NCBI GenBank assembly: GCA_964016885.1
Contig: OZ024743.1
Span: 318,928,001 to 318,992,000, forward strand
Length of the DNA stretch: 64,000 nt
Origin: Eledone cirrhosa
Lineage: Eukaryota
Direction of reading: 5' to 3'
In this document: positions 29,775-42,596 of the stretch, piece after piece
Position numbering within the stretch: position 1 is the first letter of the stretch
Layout of the letters: each line of letters opens with the position of its first letter
Translations under genes and position numbers: made by a program
Notes under the pieces: model-generated
Database searches by the model: none
Told to the model about the DNA's origin: nothing
What the model saw: only the letters and a program-made list of their open reading frames with translations

Positions 29775-30180
29775 TTACCCATCTGCCAGATAGTTGAACG
29801 TTCGAAAGTATATACTTTCCTTATGAAAATTAACGGCTGAGCAGCCTAATTTGCATATTGAGTGAGTTAAATCGGTCAGGCATACCGAAAACGATAAATT
29901 GAAACAAAATGAAAACGAAATTTCATTTCTCACTCTTAGTATGGCACTTACTTAAATGTAAGTATGCATGCATACGTACATACATATATGTATACAGACG
30001 TACAGTAGCATGCACATATATATATATATATACATATATATATACATATGCATACAGGTACACATACATATATGCACGTATCAGTTTAGCGGCGCTAACG
30101 TCGCTTTGTTCGTTTGTAAACAAACTGAACAGCCTCAATTTATCGTTTTCGGTATGCCTGACCGATTTAACTCACTCAAT

Positions 30181-30188
30181 ATGCAAAT
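30181..30188 (+). promoter_or_regulatory. Octamer motif ATGCAAAT (one per complete 466-bp unit)
   Basis: Exact octamer 75 nt upstream of the HHR; retained in the diverged copy at 53166-53173. Confidence 0.4.
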
Positions 30189-30262
30189 TAGGCTGCTCAG
30201 CCGTTAATTTTCATAAGGAAAGTATATACTTTCGAACGTTCAACTATCTGGCAGATGGGTAA

Positions 30263-30305
30263 ACGGTGCTGATGATAGCTAACAAGCTTGAAACTAGTAC
30301 ATCGT
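30263..30305 (+). ncRNA. Minimal type I hammerhead, array unit
   Basis: ACGGTG-CTGATGA-tAGCTaacaAGCTt-GAAA-CTAG-TA-CATCGT; predicted cleavage after 30299. Confidence 0.85.
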
Positions 30306-30728
30306 TCCTGTGTCAGTGTTGAACAAAAAGGTGACGTGGTTGCCTTAACACCGTATGGCATAAATTCAGGCTGTTCAGTTTGTTTACAAACGAACAAAGC
30401 GACGTTAGCGCCGCTAAACTGATACGTGCATATATGTATGTGTACCTGTATGCATATGTATATATATATGTATATATATATATATATGTGCATGCTACTG
30501 TACGTCTGTATACATATATGTATGTACGTATGCATGCATACTTACATTTAAGTAAGTGCCATACTAAGAGTGAGAAATGAAATTTCGTTTTCATTTTGTT
30601 TCAATTTATCGTTTTCGGTATGCCTGACCGATTTAACTCACTCAATATGCAAATTAGGCTGCTCAGCCGTTAATTTTCATAAGGAAAGTATATACTTTCG
30701 AACGTTCAACTATCTGGCAGATGGGTAA

Positions 30729-30771
30729 ACGGTGCTGATGATAGCTAACAAGCTTGAAACTAGTACATCGT
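30729..30771 (+). ncRNA. Minimal type I hammerhead, array unit
   Basis: Same motif. Confidence 0.85.
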
Positions 30772-31194
30772 TCCTGTGTCAGTGTTGAACAAAAAGGTGA
30801 CGTGGTTGCCTTAACACCGTATGGCATAAATTCAGGCTGTTCAGTTTGTTTACAAACGAACAAAGCGACGTTAGCGCCGCTAAACTGATACGTGCATATA
30901 TGTATGTGTACCTGTATGCATATGTATATATATATGTATATATATATATATATGTGCATGCTACTGTACGTCTGTATACATATATGTATGTACGTATGCA
31001 TGCATACTTACATTTAAGTAAGTGCCATACTAAGAGTGAGAAATGAAATTTCGTTTTCATTTTGTTTCAATTTATCGTTTTCGGTATGCCTGACCGATTT
31101 AACTCACTCAATATGCAAATTAGGCTGCTCAGCCGTTAATTTTCATAAGGAAAGTATATACTTTCGAACGTTCAACTATCTGGCAGATGGGTAA

Positions 31195-31237
31195 ACGGTG
31201 CTGATGATAGCTAACAAGCTTGAAACTAGTACATCGT
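31195..31237 (+). ncRNA. Minimal type I hammerhead, array unit
   Basis: Same motif. Confidence 0.85.
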
Positions 31238-31660
31238 TCCTGTGTCAGTGTTGAACAAAAAGGTGACGTGGTTGCCTTAACACCGTATGGCATAAATTCA
31301 GGCTGTTCAGTTTGTTTACAAACGAACAAAGCGACGTTAGCGCCGCTAAACTGATACGTGCATATATGTATGTGTACCTGTATGCATATGTATATATATA
31401 TGTATATATATATATATATGTGCATGCTACTGTACGTCTGTATACATATATGTATGTACGTATGCATGCATACTTACATTTAAGTAAGTGCCATACTAAG
31501 AGTGAGAAATGAAATTTCGTTTTCATTTTGTTTCAATTTATCGTTTTCGGTATGCCTGACCGATTTAACTCACTCAATATGCAAATTAGGCTGCTCAGCC
31601 GTTAATTTTCATAAGGAAAGTATATACTTTCGAACGTTCAACTATCTGGCAGATGGGTAA

Positions 31661-31703
31661 ACGGTGCTGATGATAGCTAACAAGCTTGAAACTAGTACAT
31701 CGT
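31661..31703 (+). ncRNA. Minimal type I hammerhead, array unit
   Basis: Same motif. Confidence 0.85.
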
Positions 31704-32131
31704 TCCTGTGTCAGTGTTGAACAAAAAGGTGACGTGGTTGCCTTAACACCGTATGGCATAAATTCAGGCTGTTCAGTTTGTTTACAAACGAACAAAGCGA
31801 CGTTAGCGCCGCTAAACTGATACGTGCATATATGTATGTGTACCTGTATGCATATGTATATATATATGTATATATATATATATATGTGCATGCTACTGTA
31901 CGTCTGTATACATATATGTATGTACGTATGCATGCATACTTACATTTAAGTAAGTGCCATACTAAGAGTGAGAAATGAAATTTCGTTTTCATTTTGTTTC
32001 AATTTATATATATATATATATATATATATACATCTCGGAAGTTGTTTTTCGCTAATTTCCAAAGCCGAAATACGATTCTCGCTAATTTATATTTATATAT
32101 AATATATATATATAATATATATATATAATAT

Positions 32132-32216
<85 letters not shown>

Positions 32217-32271
32217 ATATATATTATATATATATATAATATATATATATAATATATATATATATATAAAT

Positions 32272-32306
<35 letters not shown>

Positions 32307-32352
32307 CTGTATAATATAATATAAGATCAAAAGATGGTTAAAAGAGTTCCAA

Positions 32353-32416
32353 TATTATGCGCATTTCAAAAACAAATATCATCATGGGATAATATCTGCG
32401 TTCTCATCAGATAAAA
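32353..32416 (-). ncRNA. Type I hammerhead in solo pLTR (32318-32478), paralogue of 25027-25093
   Basis: Reverse complement TTTTAT-CTGATGA-...-GAAA-TGCGCA-TA-ATA. Confidence 0.75.
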
Positions 32417-32471
32417 TAGGGATACATGATATGAAGCTTAAAAAACACTTGTGAATAGTGAAGTTTTAAAT

Positions 32472-32541
<70 letters not shown>

Positions 32542-32544
32542 GGT

Positions 32545-32850
32545 ATATTAACAAATGGAAACCACATTTACAAAACCACACCTATTTCATTATACACAGC
32601 TCAAGGACACCAAGTCAAACTATGGTGCGCTTTCACCAGATAAAACACAATATAGATCAGCTCTACAAACAAATATTGACATACCCCTAAAGAACGCGAC
32701 CACCTCTGTTGGTGTCCTTGAGATGTGTATAATGAAATAGGTGTGGTTTTGTAAATGTGGTTTCCATTTGTTAATATATCGTATTTTTACTCCAATAATT
32801 TGTTGAGTGCTTTATATCAGTTATAAAAATATTTGCTTGTTGTATCCCAA
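32545..32850. mobile_element. Inverted pLTR-like cassette with degenerate hammerhead (32585-32645, minus)
   Basis: 32545-32613 inverted at ~32710-32783; core reads CTGGTGA...GAGC; homologous to the 26535 and 51704 families. Confidence 0.6.
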
Positions 32851-32866
32851 CAATTTAAATAGAAAT

Positions 32867-32974
<108 letters not shown>

Positions 32975-33065
32975 GTAAGTTATATATAATATAGGTAACC
33001 ACAGTAAGTAAGGTACTCAATACATAGCAGAGTATATTTTTTATAATACCGCTGGTATTATAAAT

Positions 33066-33432
33066 AATAATTGTTTCTACTTTTGGCACAAGGCCAGCAA
33101 TTACCCAGTGTATTACTGGGTAATCAGTAATACACTGGGTAATTGATAATCAGCTCATAAAGGGACCTAACTCTATGCTTCAAAGCATGGTGTCCGACTA
33201 TCTACCAATACTGTCAATCCACCATGTTATATAGATAATAAGGGCAATAGATTGGCAGTACCATTAGAACGTCGGACAACATGCTTTGCGGCATAGAGTT
33301 ACGTCCTTTTACGTTCTGAGTTTATATCCCAACGGGGTCCAGAAAATGAAGTAGCAGTAATGCACTGGGGTCGCTTTAATCGACTTTCCCCTCCCCCCAA
33401 ATCGGTAGCCTTGTACCTAAATCAAACCAATA
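33066..33432. mobile_element. Two back-to-back copies of the dominant SINE
   Basis: Minus copy ~33066-33226, plus copy ~33242-33432. Confidence 0.75.
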
Positions 33433-33447
33433 TTCGTGACTGAAAAG

Positions 33448-33760
33448 TCATTCATTCATTCAGCCTATTGCTCTCTGTAGGGCTTAGGCCATTGACAACC
33501 CTGCGCCATCGTACATTATCCTGGGCTGCTCTCGCCACTCCACTCCAATTGGCTTCAAGTTTTCTTAATTCAGCCTCAATGTCACGTCCCCAGCTGCTGC
33601 GGGGCCAAGCTCTCTTCCCCATAATCTGCTAGTTCCATATCAGGGTTTGGCATGTGGTGTTGGATGCTCGTTTTTTGAAAGTATGTCCAATCCAGCTCGA
33701 CTTCCTCCGCAGAATTTGCTTTGCCATTGATTCCTGTCCCGCTTACTGCTACAGATCTTC
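33448..33760 (-). mobile_element. RTE-like LINE 3' end with (TGAA)n tail
   Basis: Minus translation remnants RRSRAGLDIL/WIGHT and WSGVARAAQDNVRWRRVVNGL. Confidence 0.65.
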
Positions 33761-33870
33761 GTTTCTGATCTTCTCTGTTTTCAATACGTCGAGTAGAAGG
33801 TATATATTTCTTCATTAAATAAATGACCGGCTGTTTCCTTATATCACCTCCATTCTGGTATACCTGCATC

Positions 33871-33901
<31 letters not shown>

Positions 33902-34094
33902 CCAAGTAGGGTCGTGGAGACAGCGCATCGGTAGGAGTTCTCCTACATGGATATAAAGTAGTGGCCGTACTCGAAAACGAGTTGGCAGCCACCATGTATG
34001 TATGTATGTATGTATGTATGTATGTATGTATGTATGTATGTATGTATGTATGTATGTATGTATGTGTGTATGTATGTATGTATGTATGTATGTG

Positions 34095-36120
34095 AATAAG
34101 GACGCAATTGAAAGAATGGGCAACCTTCCAGTCATCGAGGAAATGTGTTCTTAGTCTTCTGTAGATGATAGAACCGCAGCTGTGAAGAAGTTAAATAACA
34201 ATAAATCTCCCGGTATCGATGGTATCACTTAGAAATATTAAAATTTAGTGGACAAAGGATGATCGAAATGCTTCAGTCACTACTTATGCATTGCTGGAGA
34301 GCGGAAGAAGTACCACAGGACTGGGTCGATGCTATTTCAATATCACTTTTTAAATCTGGTCTTAAAGATTTATGTGGTAGCTTTCGCGGCATATCTTTAT
34401 TATCTGTTGCTGGAAAGGTACTCTCGTGTATTCTGTCAGAGCATCTTCACAAATTCACCGTTCCAAGAGATGTGTCAGAATCACACTGTGGTTTTCGCCC
34501 CTCTCACGGTACAGTTGACATGATTTTCACTATCCACCAGATATAAGAGCAAAACATAGGGTTATTTCACTGCTTTGTAGACCTTAGCAAAGCGTTCGAC
34601 ACTTTTAACAGGACTCTAATATGGTTCGTGTTGAAAACATTTGGCTCTCCTGAAGAGAGTGTGAATATGATTAAGGTCCTCCATAGGTATGTGAAGGCCC
34701 GTATTTATTTCGATGGTATTATTTCAGAACCGTCCTCAGTGGAAAATGGAATAAGCAGGGTGACCTTGAAGCATGAATACTCTTCGCCTTTTATTTTGCG
34801 GTGATGCTGTCAAATGCCTTTGCAACATCAACAGACGGTGTCTTTATCCGATATTGCTCTTCAGGCAATGTGTTCAGTTTGACTAGAATGAGATTCAACT
34901 CTAAAGTGTTCACCTCATTGATCCGTGACCTTCTATATGCAGATGGTTGCCACCTGAGGGGCTCTTACAAAGCCTGATCATTGATTTCGACGCAGCTTGT
35001 GATATATTCGGTCTTGCAATAAATCTGAAAAAGACTGTTGTAATGCATTATCCTGCTCCTGGGGAGCAGACAGTTGCAGTTCGTATCCTTGTTAAGAGCA
35101 CAGTGCTAAAAACAGTGACTTCTTTTGAGTACATTGATACAAGCTGATGGCAAATTGGACACTGAAATGACATCTCGTATACAAAAAGGCAGCTAAAGCC
35201 TTTGGTGGACTAGAAATTAAAGTCTGGTCATACCGTCACATTAAATTGGAGACTAAGATTGCTGTATACGACTCGTTTGTATTCTCCGTGCTATTGTATT
35301 CACCCGAAACTTGGGCGTTGTACACACGTCATTTTAAAATGCTGGCGGAGTTTCACCATAAATATCTCTGGCATATATTCAAAATATGCTGGAACACATT
35401 CCTTCCAGAGACAGATTCTCGTTAGGGCAAAAGTTACATCTACTCAAACTATGCGTTTTAGGAACCAGTTAAGATGGACAGGTCATATGATTCGTGTGGG
35501 TGACGGACACATCTCCAAGAAAATATTTTATGTCGAACTCAAGCTGGGCAAAAGGATAAATAGTAAGCCGAGGAGGAGATACAGACTCTTTCAAAGTTAA
35601 CTTAAATTGCCTTAACATATCCTAAAAGAATCTTGAATCATATGCAGCAGATAGAGTAGCCTGGAGAAATGCTATTTGGAATGAAGTTATAGCATTTAAA
35701 ATGGAAAGGGTAGAACTGAAAAGAAAAGTGCGGAAGATTGAGACCAACAGTAATAAGGATGAATCTTATCCAGCATTGGTTTTCAAATGCCGTGTGTACC
35801 CTAAATTGTGCTTTTCGAATGATGGCTTGAAGTCACACCAACTAGCACATGATGGTAAAGTCCAAGTTGACTATTCAAACTTCGTTGCAGAGAATCAGTT
35901 TCTGTGCTATGTTTGTCAGAAAATTTGCAAATCATGTGGTGGACTGAAGCGACATCTGAACATACATAATAAGTAAACCCAAAGTGAAACAAACAGGAAA
36001 TGAGACATCATTGAATTATTTATGGACAGGTCCTTCACAGTCATTTGAGATCTTATGCCAGGAAGGAACAGACATAAAGTACAAGAAGTGGTCAAACTTT
36101 GCATGGAGCAGACGACCTTC
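34095..36120 (+). mobile_element. 5'-truncated, decayed RTE-clade LINE (RT, C-terminal C2H2 fingers)
   Basis: SPGIDG, VPQDW, FRGISLLSVAGKV, CGFRP..GTVDMIF, FVDLSKAFD, LLYAD, QLRWTGHMIR; many stops and frameshifts. Confidence 0.9.
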
Positions 36121-36199
36121 ATGTATGTATGTATGTATGTATGTATGTATGTATGTATGTATGTATGTATGTATGTATGTATGTATGTATGTATGTATG

Positions 36200-38632
36200 T
36201 TCTTCTGGTTTTATAATTTCACGAAGTTTTACCAATACAAAGAGAGACATAGTCACAAGACTCTAACATAGACACAAGACTCTCTCATTGGAATTTACAC
36301 AACATCAACTAGGTAGATATGTCTGCATGTCTGCATGCATGCATGTGTAGATATGGATGTTATTGTATGTGTGGATGTGGATGTTTTGAGTTGTATGTGT
36401 GCATGTGTATATGCTTTGTATCTGTACATGTGTCTATGCAGTTATTAGATGCAACATTTTTGGAATGTTTTACATATTTTTACTGTTCCATTAATGGATT
36501 GTACTTGTAATTTCCTAACTAGTTGTGTTCTTTCTGTTCCTGTGAAGCCTAACTTCACAAGATTTGTATTGAGGCAGTTACTAACATATCCCAGTGCCCC
36601 AATAATCACAGGCATAAATCTGAAGGTGTAATCAGGATGGCGTATCTGCAGATTTCTCATCACTTCTGCATAAATATTCTCCTTTTCACTAATCTTTGAT
36701 ATTATATTGGCATCTGCTGGGCAGCTAATTTCCACTACTGTGCATGTTTTCTTCTCCCTGTACCATATCATAATATCTGGTCTGTTATGCCTGCATTTTA
36801 TTGGGGTTTTTACTGGAACATTCCACCAGTACTCTTTCATATTATGTACATGGATGTCTTCCACATTGTTGTAGCTTTTAATATGTTTATTATCGGGGCT
36901 ATCTTTTTTACGAACTGCATTGTACAATGTTTTGGCCACCACATCATGCCTCATAGGTAGATAGTACCGCGATGACATCTTTGGACAGCTGCTGATGACA
37001 TGGGTGATATCCACGATGTTAGTTCTGCAGAGTCTGAACTTGTTATCACATCTAGGTGTTTTGCCTGCATCCCTATCTCTTTTGTGAATCAGGTATTTCG
37101 TGCTAATCTCCTGTTCTTGGATTGCAAAAGCGTATCCTTCAAAGTGGGAGCCAATATTGCGGTTGTTGGTCAAAGATAGACTACTTTCCTTATCTATATT
37201 ACTCTCACTCTGGAGCTTCCTGGCAACATATGCATGCATGATTTTTTGCTGATAGGCATGCAGTTTTTCATCCATGGATTCACTGCGATACTGCTGAGCG
37301 ACTTCCCTGGGTGTGAGTTTTTGATTATCACACAGGGAATATCTCTCAAGGAGTTCCTTCCCAACTCTCATGATCTTATCTGTGTCATGCAGATAGACTT
37401 GCTGGAGAAACGGGCTCCTACGCTTCGAGGTTCGTAGATGTCGGAGAGATATGATGCGACATTCAAATGCTGTCTGGGCTGATGTTAGGCCTCTGCCTCC
37501 CTGCTTACATTTCAAGTAAAGGCGGTCTATGTCACTGTTGATGTGGAAGTTTCCGGTGTTGTTCAGTATTTTTCGAGTTCCAACATCAACTGCTCGGATT
37601 TCGTCTATCGTCCAATTGAGTATTCTAAACGTTGGTGTTAGGACAGACACAGCAAACATTGTGAGTCACTGTTTTGTTTTACGCAGAGAGTTCCAATGAC
37701 CAGATCTTTCTTAATCGGGTGTAGTATTCCCTGGTTACGCGTTCTTTATTATAGATACCATTATAGGATATGTTCTCATCTATCCCCAGGTATCTGTAGC
37801 AGTCCTCATCAGATATCGGTGAAACAGTTAGGCCATTGATGACAATTATTGCTAGATTGGGTTGTTGTTTTTCCCCGCTTTACAGTCATGTATGAGCATT
37901 TATCTTGGCCAAACTCCATTCCTATATCCTTTGAGAACGTTGTAACCAGGTCAAGATTTTTCTTCATCCCATCCATGTTCTAGGCATAGAGTTTCAGATC
38001 GTCCACAAAGAAATTATGGGTTAGGTTCGTATTTCTGTCCTCCTGTGAGCCAATGATGTATCCCTCACATTTCTTGAGCAGAAAGGACAAGGGGTTTAAT
38101 GACAAGATGAATAATATCACAGAGAGACTCTCCCCCTGAAATATACACCTGCAATATTTTATTTTATCAGTGAAAATAGAGTCCTCCCTCTCTGCCTTTA
38201 ACCTTAGGATAGTAGCCCAAGACGAAGACAGCCTCTCTATGGCTCTGACAATAATGTCTGGGACTTTAGCACGTTGGAGGGCCTCTATCATGCAAGAGTG
38301 GGGAACAGAATCGAAAGCTTTACTGTAGTCCAGCCAGATTGTATTCATATTCCTCCTAAGTTGTCGCACCTCCGACATCGCAGTTTTGTTGATTAGGAGT
38401 TGTTCAGCACATCCCCAAACCCCTTTCTTTCCAGCTGCTTGTTCATCTGTGATGATGTTATTATTTTCGCAGTGATCTTGGAGGAATAGGTTCAGGCAGA
38501 CTGTATACATCTTATACATCAGGTTCTGGCATGCAATGTGTCGGTAGTTTTTTGCCAAGTGGGTGTCTTTGTTCTTGGGGACCAGTAATGTTTGTGCTAA
38601 TGTCAACCATTCTGGTATAAGTGTATCTCCCT
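36200..38632 (-). mobile_element. 5'-truncated R4/Dong-like non-LTR retrotransposon (RT + zinc knuckle + REL endonuclease)
   Basis: WLDYSKAFDSVPH, IFQGESLS, FFVDDLKLYA (37980-38606); GGRGL, RLC...HVISSC, RHD, NRPDI, VEISCP (36445-37659); stops between the pieces. Confidence 0.92.
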
Positions 38633-39008
38633 TGTATGTATGTATGTATGTATGTATGTATGTATGTATGTATGTATGTATGTATGTATGTAGGTAAGTA
38701 GGTAGGTAGGTAGAAATGTAGGAAGATAGGTATGTATTATATAGATAGGTAGTAGGTGGGAAGTTATGTATGTAGGTAGGTAGATAGATAGGTATGTATG
38801 TAGGAAGGTAGGTAGGTAGGTAGATAGGTATGTATGTAGGAAGGTAGGTAGGTATGTATGTAAGTAGGTAGATAGGGATGTAAATAGGTATGTAGATAGG
38901 TAGGTAGGTAAGTAGGTAAATAGGTAAGTAGGTAGGTAGCTATTTAGGTAAGTAAGAATGTATGTATGTGTGTATATATGTAAGTAGGTATATTTATATA
39001 TATATATA

Positions 39009-39233
39009 TAACGAAGGAACTGTGGTAAGGAACCAGATGGACCATAACGCACCAAAGTACTCAATACTTAGGGTAGTAGAGTGGGTAATAGGAACAAGTA
39101 TGACCCCGATGGCAGAGCTCAAGCCGTTTCCACGGCTAATTCTGGAGTCCAGAAGATGGGAGAGAAATAGGTTCTGGACTCCAGAATTAGCCGTCGAAAC
39201 GGCTTGAGCTCTGCCGTCGGGGTCATACTTGTT

Positions 39234-39238
<5 letters not shown>
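39009..39238 (-). mobile_element. Fold-back half-hammerhead element (copy 2)
   Basis: Family tail plus inverted arms 39087-39153 / 39172-39238. Confidence 0.8.
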
Positions 39239-39280
<42 letters not shown>

Positions 39281-39709
39281 ATGTATGTAGGTAGGAAGGT
39301 AGATATGTAGTTTGTTAGGTATGTTTGTAGGTGGGAAAGAATTTAGATACATAAGTATGAAAGTAGGAAGGCAGGTAGGAATATTGGTATATAGGAAGGT
39401 AGGTATGTAGGTAGATAGGTAAAAAGCTAGGTAGGTAGATAGGCAGGTAGACAGGTATATGTATGTAGGTTCATGTTTGTTTGTATATATAGGTAGGTAG
39501 GCACATGTGTGTATGTATGATTGAGTCTATGTCAATTCCCTCCCACCTAAGTTCCACACTAACCACAACACACAGTTCTCCCTTCCTCCCCAGTATGTCA
39601 CACCTCTGGAATGTTCCCAATGCACGTATCTGTTCTGCAGGAGCTGAAATGCAACACTTTAAATTAAACAACTGCACCACCAACCGCACCAAACCACATC
39701 AATCACATC

Positions 39710-40822
39710 AATCACTCTACACCACCCATCACATTAACCCCGCCATCACTCTACACCACCCATCACATTAACCCCGCCATCACTCTACACCACCCATCAC
39801 ATTAACCCCGCCAATTACACCAATCACTCTACACCACCCATCACATTAACCCCGCCATCACTCTACACCACCCATCACATTAACCCCGCCATCACTCTAC
39901 ACCACCCATCACATTAACCCCGCCATCACTCTACACCACCCATCACATTAACCCCGCCATCACTCTACACCACCCATCACATTAACCCCGTCATCACTCT
40001 ACACCACCCATCACATTAACCCCGCCATCACTCTACACCACCCATCACATTAACCCCGCCAATTACACCAATCACTCTACACCACCCATCACATTAACCC
40101 CGCAATCACTCTACACCACCCATCACATTAACCCCGCCAATTACACCAATCACTCTACACCACCCATCACATTAACCCCGTCAATCACATCAATCACTCT
40201 ACACCACCCATCACATTAACCCCGCCATCACTCTACACCACCCATCATATTAACCCCGCCAATTACACCAATCACTCTACACCACCCATCACATTAACCC
40301 CGCCATCACTCTACACCACCCATCACATTAACCCCACCATCACTCTACACCACCCATCACATTAACCCCGCCAATTACACCAATCACTCTACACCACCCA
40401 TCACATTAACCCCGTCAATCACATCAATGACTCTACACCACCCATCACATTAACCCCGTCAATCACATCAATGACTCTACACCACCCATCACATTAACCC
40501 CGTCAATCACATCAATGACTCTACACCACCCATCACATTAACCCCGCCAATTACATCAATCACTCTACACCACCCATCACATTAACCCCGCCATCACTCT
40601 ACACCACCCATCACATTAACCCCGCCAATTACACCAATCACTCTACACCACCCATCACATTAACCCCGTCAATCACATCAATCACTCTACACCACCCATC
40701 ACATTAACCCCGCCATCACTCTACACCACCCATCACATTAACCCCGCCAATTACACCAATCACTTTACACCACCCATCACATTAACCCCGCCAATTACAC
40801 CAATCACATCAATCACATCAAC
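39710..40822. repeat. 34/45-bp C-rich minisatellite
   Basis: Unit ATCACTCTACACCACCCATCACATTAACCCCGCC with optional AATTACACCA or AATCACATCA inserts. Confidence 0.95.
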
Positions 40823-41669
40823 CCCAGGAGACCTGCACTAACTACAACATACACCCCTCTCTCCCGCCATCTCCAACATCAATCACATTTACCCCAGAAT
40901 ACCTGGGGTAAATGTGATTACAGGTACTAACATTTTCTCCAGAATATAGCAGCATGATAAAAACAACCGATACATTTGACAAGGTAGTATCTACCGATAT
41001 ACGAGACGTGAGGGTGTGAGTTATACCACAGAAATAGTTAGTCAATACAACGATCGTTTTTGATGACGAGGTTGCGGTGGGGATGTTTTGATTTTGTTTA
41101 CTGTATGAAAGAGAAAGAAGGTGTATAATGATCATGTATCATGAAATAGTGAAGACGAAGTGAATAAATAGGCGTGGATGGATTGTTTACATAATCAGAT
41201 ATCTTGCTAAGTAGTCTGATTGTGGAAACAGTTGACGCCGTCGACCAATAAGATGGGAGAGAAATAGGTTAATAAAGAAGTGGAAAGAGGAAGCCACGTT
41301 GTGGCGAGAAAGCATGCGTACAGACAGAAAGACAGGCAGATTAATAGAGAATAAAACAACAACACAAAAGAAGCGAAATAAAGACAACAAAATATACTAT
41401 CAAGGACGAATGATGGTTGGCTATAAAGCAGAGTATGAAGAATATATAAAGATGTACTTGGTTTCGCTTATTAAACACAATATGTGAACTGACGATTAGA
41501 GGAGAAAAACTATGATGCTACACACACACATGCATGTACACACACATACACGCACACATATAGGTATGTGTTAATAATAAGTATATCACTTCGTATATAC
41601 ATATACACCCAGACATATACACACATATATGCATATATATATATGTATATATACACACACACATACACA

Positions 41670-41721
<52 letters not shown>

Positions 41722-41746
41722 CACACACGTATTTATATATATAAAT

Positions 41747-41945
41747 ATAACAAAGAGGGTGTGGTAAGATACCAGGTGGACCATAACGCACCAGAGTCAC
41801 TCAATACTTAGGGTAGTAGAGTGGGTAATAAGAAAAGAGTCAGGACCCCGACAGCTGAGCTCCGGCCGTTTCGACAGCTAGATCCGAACGGATCTAGATG
41901 TCGACCGGCCGGAACTCAGCCGTCGGGGTCCTGACTCTTTTCCGA
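41747..41945 (-). mobile_element. Fold-back half-hammerhead element (copy 3)
   Basis: Palindrome centred at GATCCG-AA-CGGATC (~41887). Confidence 0.78.
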
Positions 41946-42042
<97 letters not shown>

Positions 42043-42289
42043 GAAGCGATATACTGAAATAGTAAAACATATACCTGTATGTATGTTCGCGTATATTTTA
42101 AAAAATATACAGTTATTGAAATCTGTCTGTTTATTATTTTGACTGTGTCACAAATATCCTTCCATACTTACAATTCATATTAAGTAAAAGTCGAAAATAT
42201 ATTTGAAATCATTGCTTGAAAACTATTTAAAATATGTAACTGATCTTGAATTGGGTATTGGTACCAACACTTGTGTGATGACCAAAAGA

Positions 42290-42410
42290 ATACGATGATG
42301 AATGCAAGCAGCCGAAATGTGGTACCTCCGAAGTGTCTTTGGAAAAATATTACTCAATAGAGTGCGTAGCACGGAGATTAGAGCGTTGCTCCAGGTAGAG
42401 ACGTCACTTT
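42290..42410 (+). mobile_element. RTE-like LINE fragment
   Basis: MQAAEMWYLRSVFGKILLNRVRSTEIR. Confidence 0.6.
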
Positions 42411-42596
42411 TCAGAATAACTCTAAGAAACTTCAGCTAATGTGAAAAACGTAAAATAATTATAATTTTATTGCATTTATGCAAAATATTGAAGTGACTAA
42501 TTATTTTGATAATATAATCATTTGCTTAAAATACTATTGAATGAAACAAATTTCAAATTTGTATGTTGGCAAAATATATGTTTACAGTAAAAATAA

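Larger units (their letters stand above)
28555..32006. repeat. Head-to-head array of 466-bp hammerhead-containing units (retrozyme-like)
   Basis: ~3.4 units (28555-30135) inverted against ~4.0 units (30136-32006); ORF-track calls recur every 466 bp; units appear identical. Confidence 0.95.

Noticed and set aside
28570-31992. Repeated 66-112 aa ORFs in the 466-bp units
   Set aside because: Low-complexity, overlapping on both strands, and not preserved in the diverged 53-kb copy.
28555-32006. CRISPR array interpretation of this or the 39.7-40.8 kb repeat
   Set aside because: No unique spacers, no cas genes, eukaryotic context.
39710-40822. Telomeric repeat
   Set aside because: Contains TTAACCCC once per unit but no (TTAGGG)n array.
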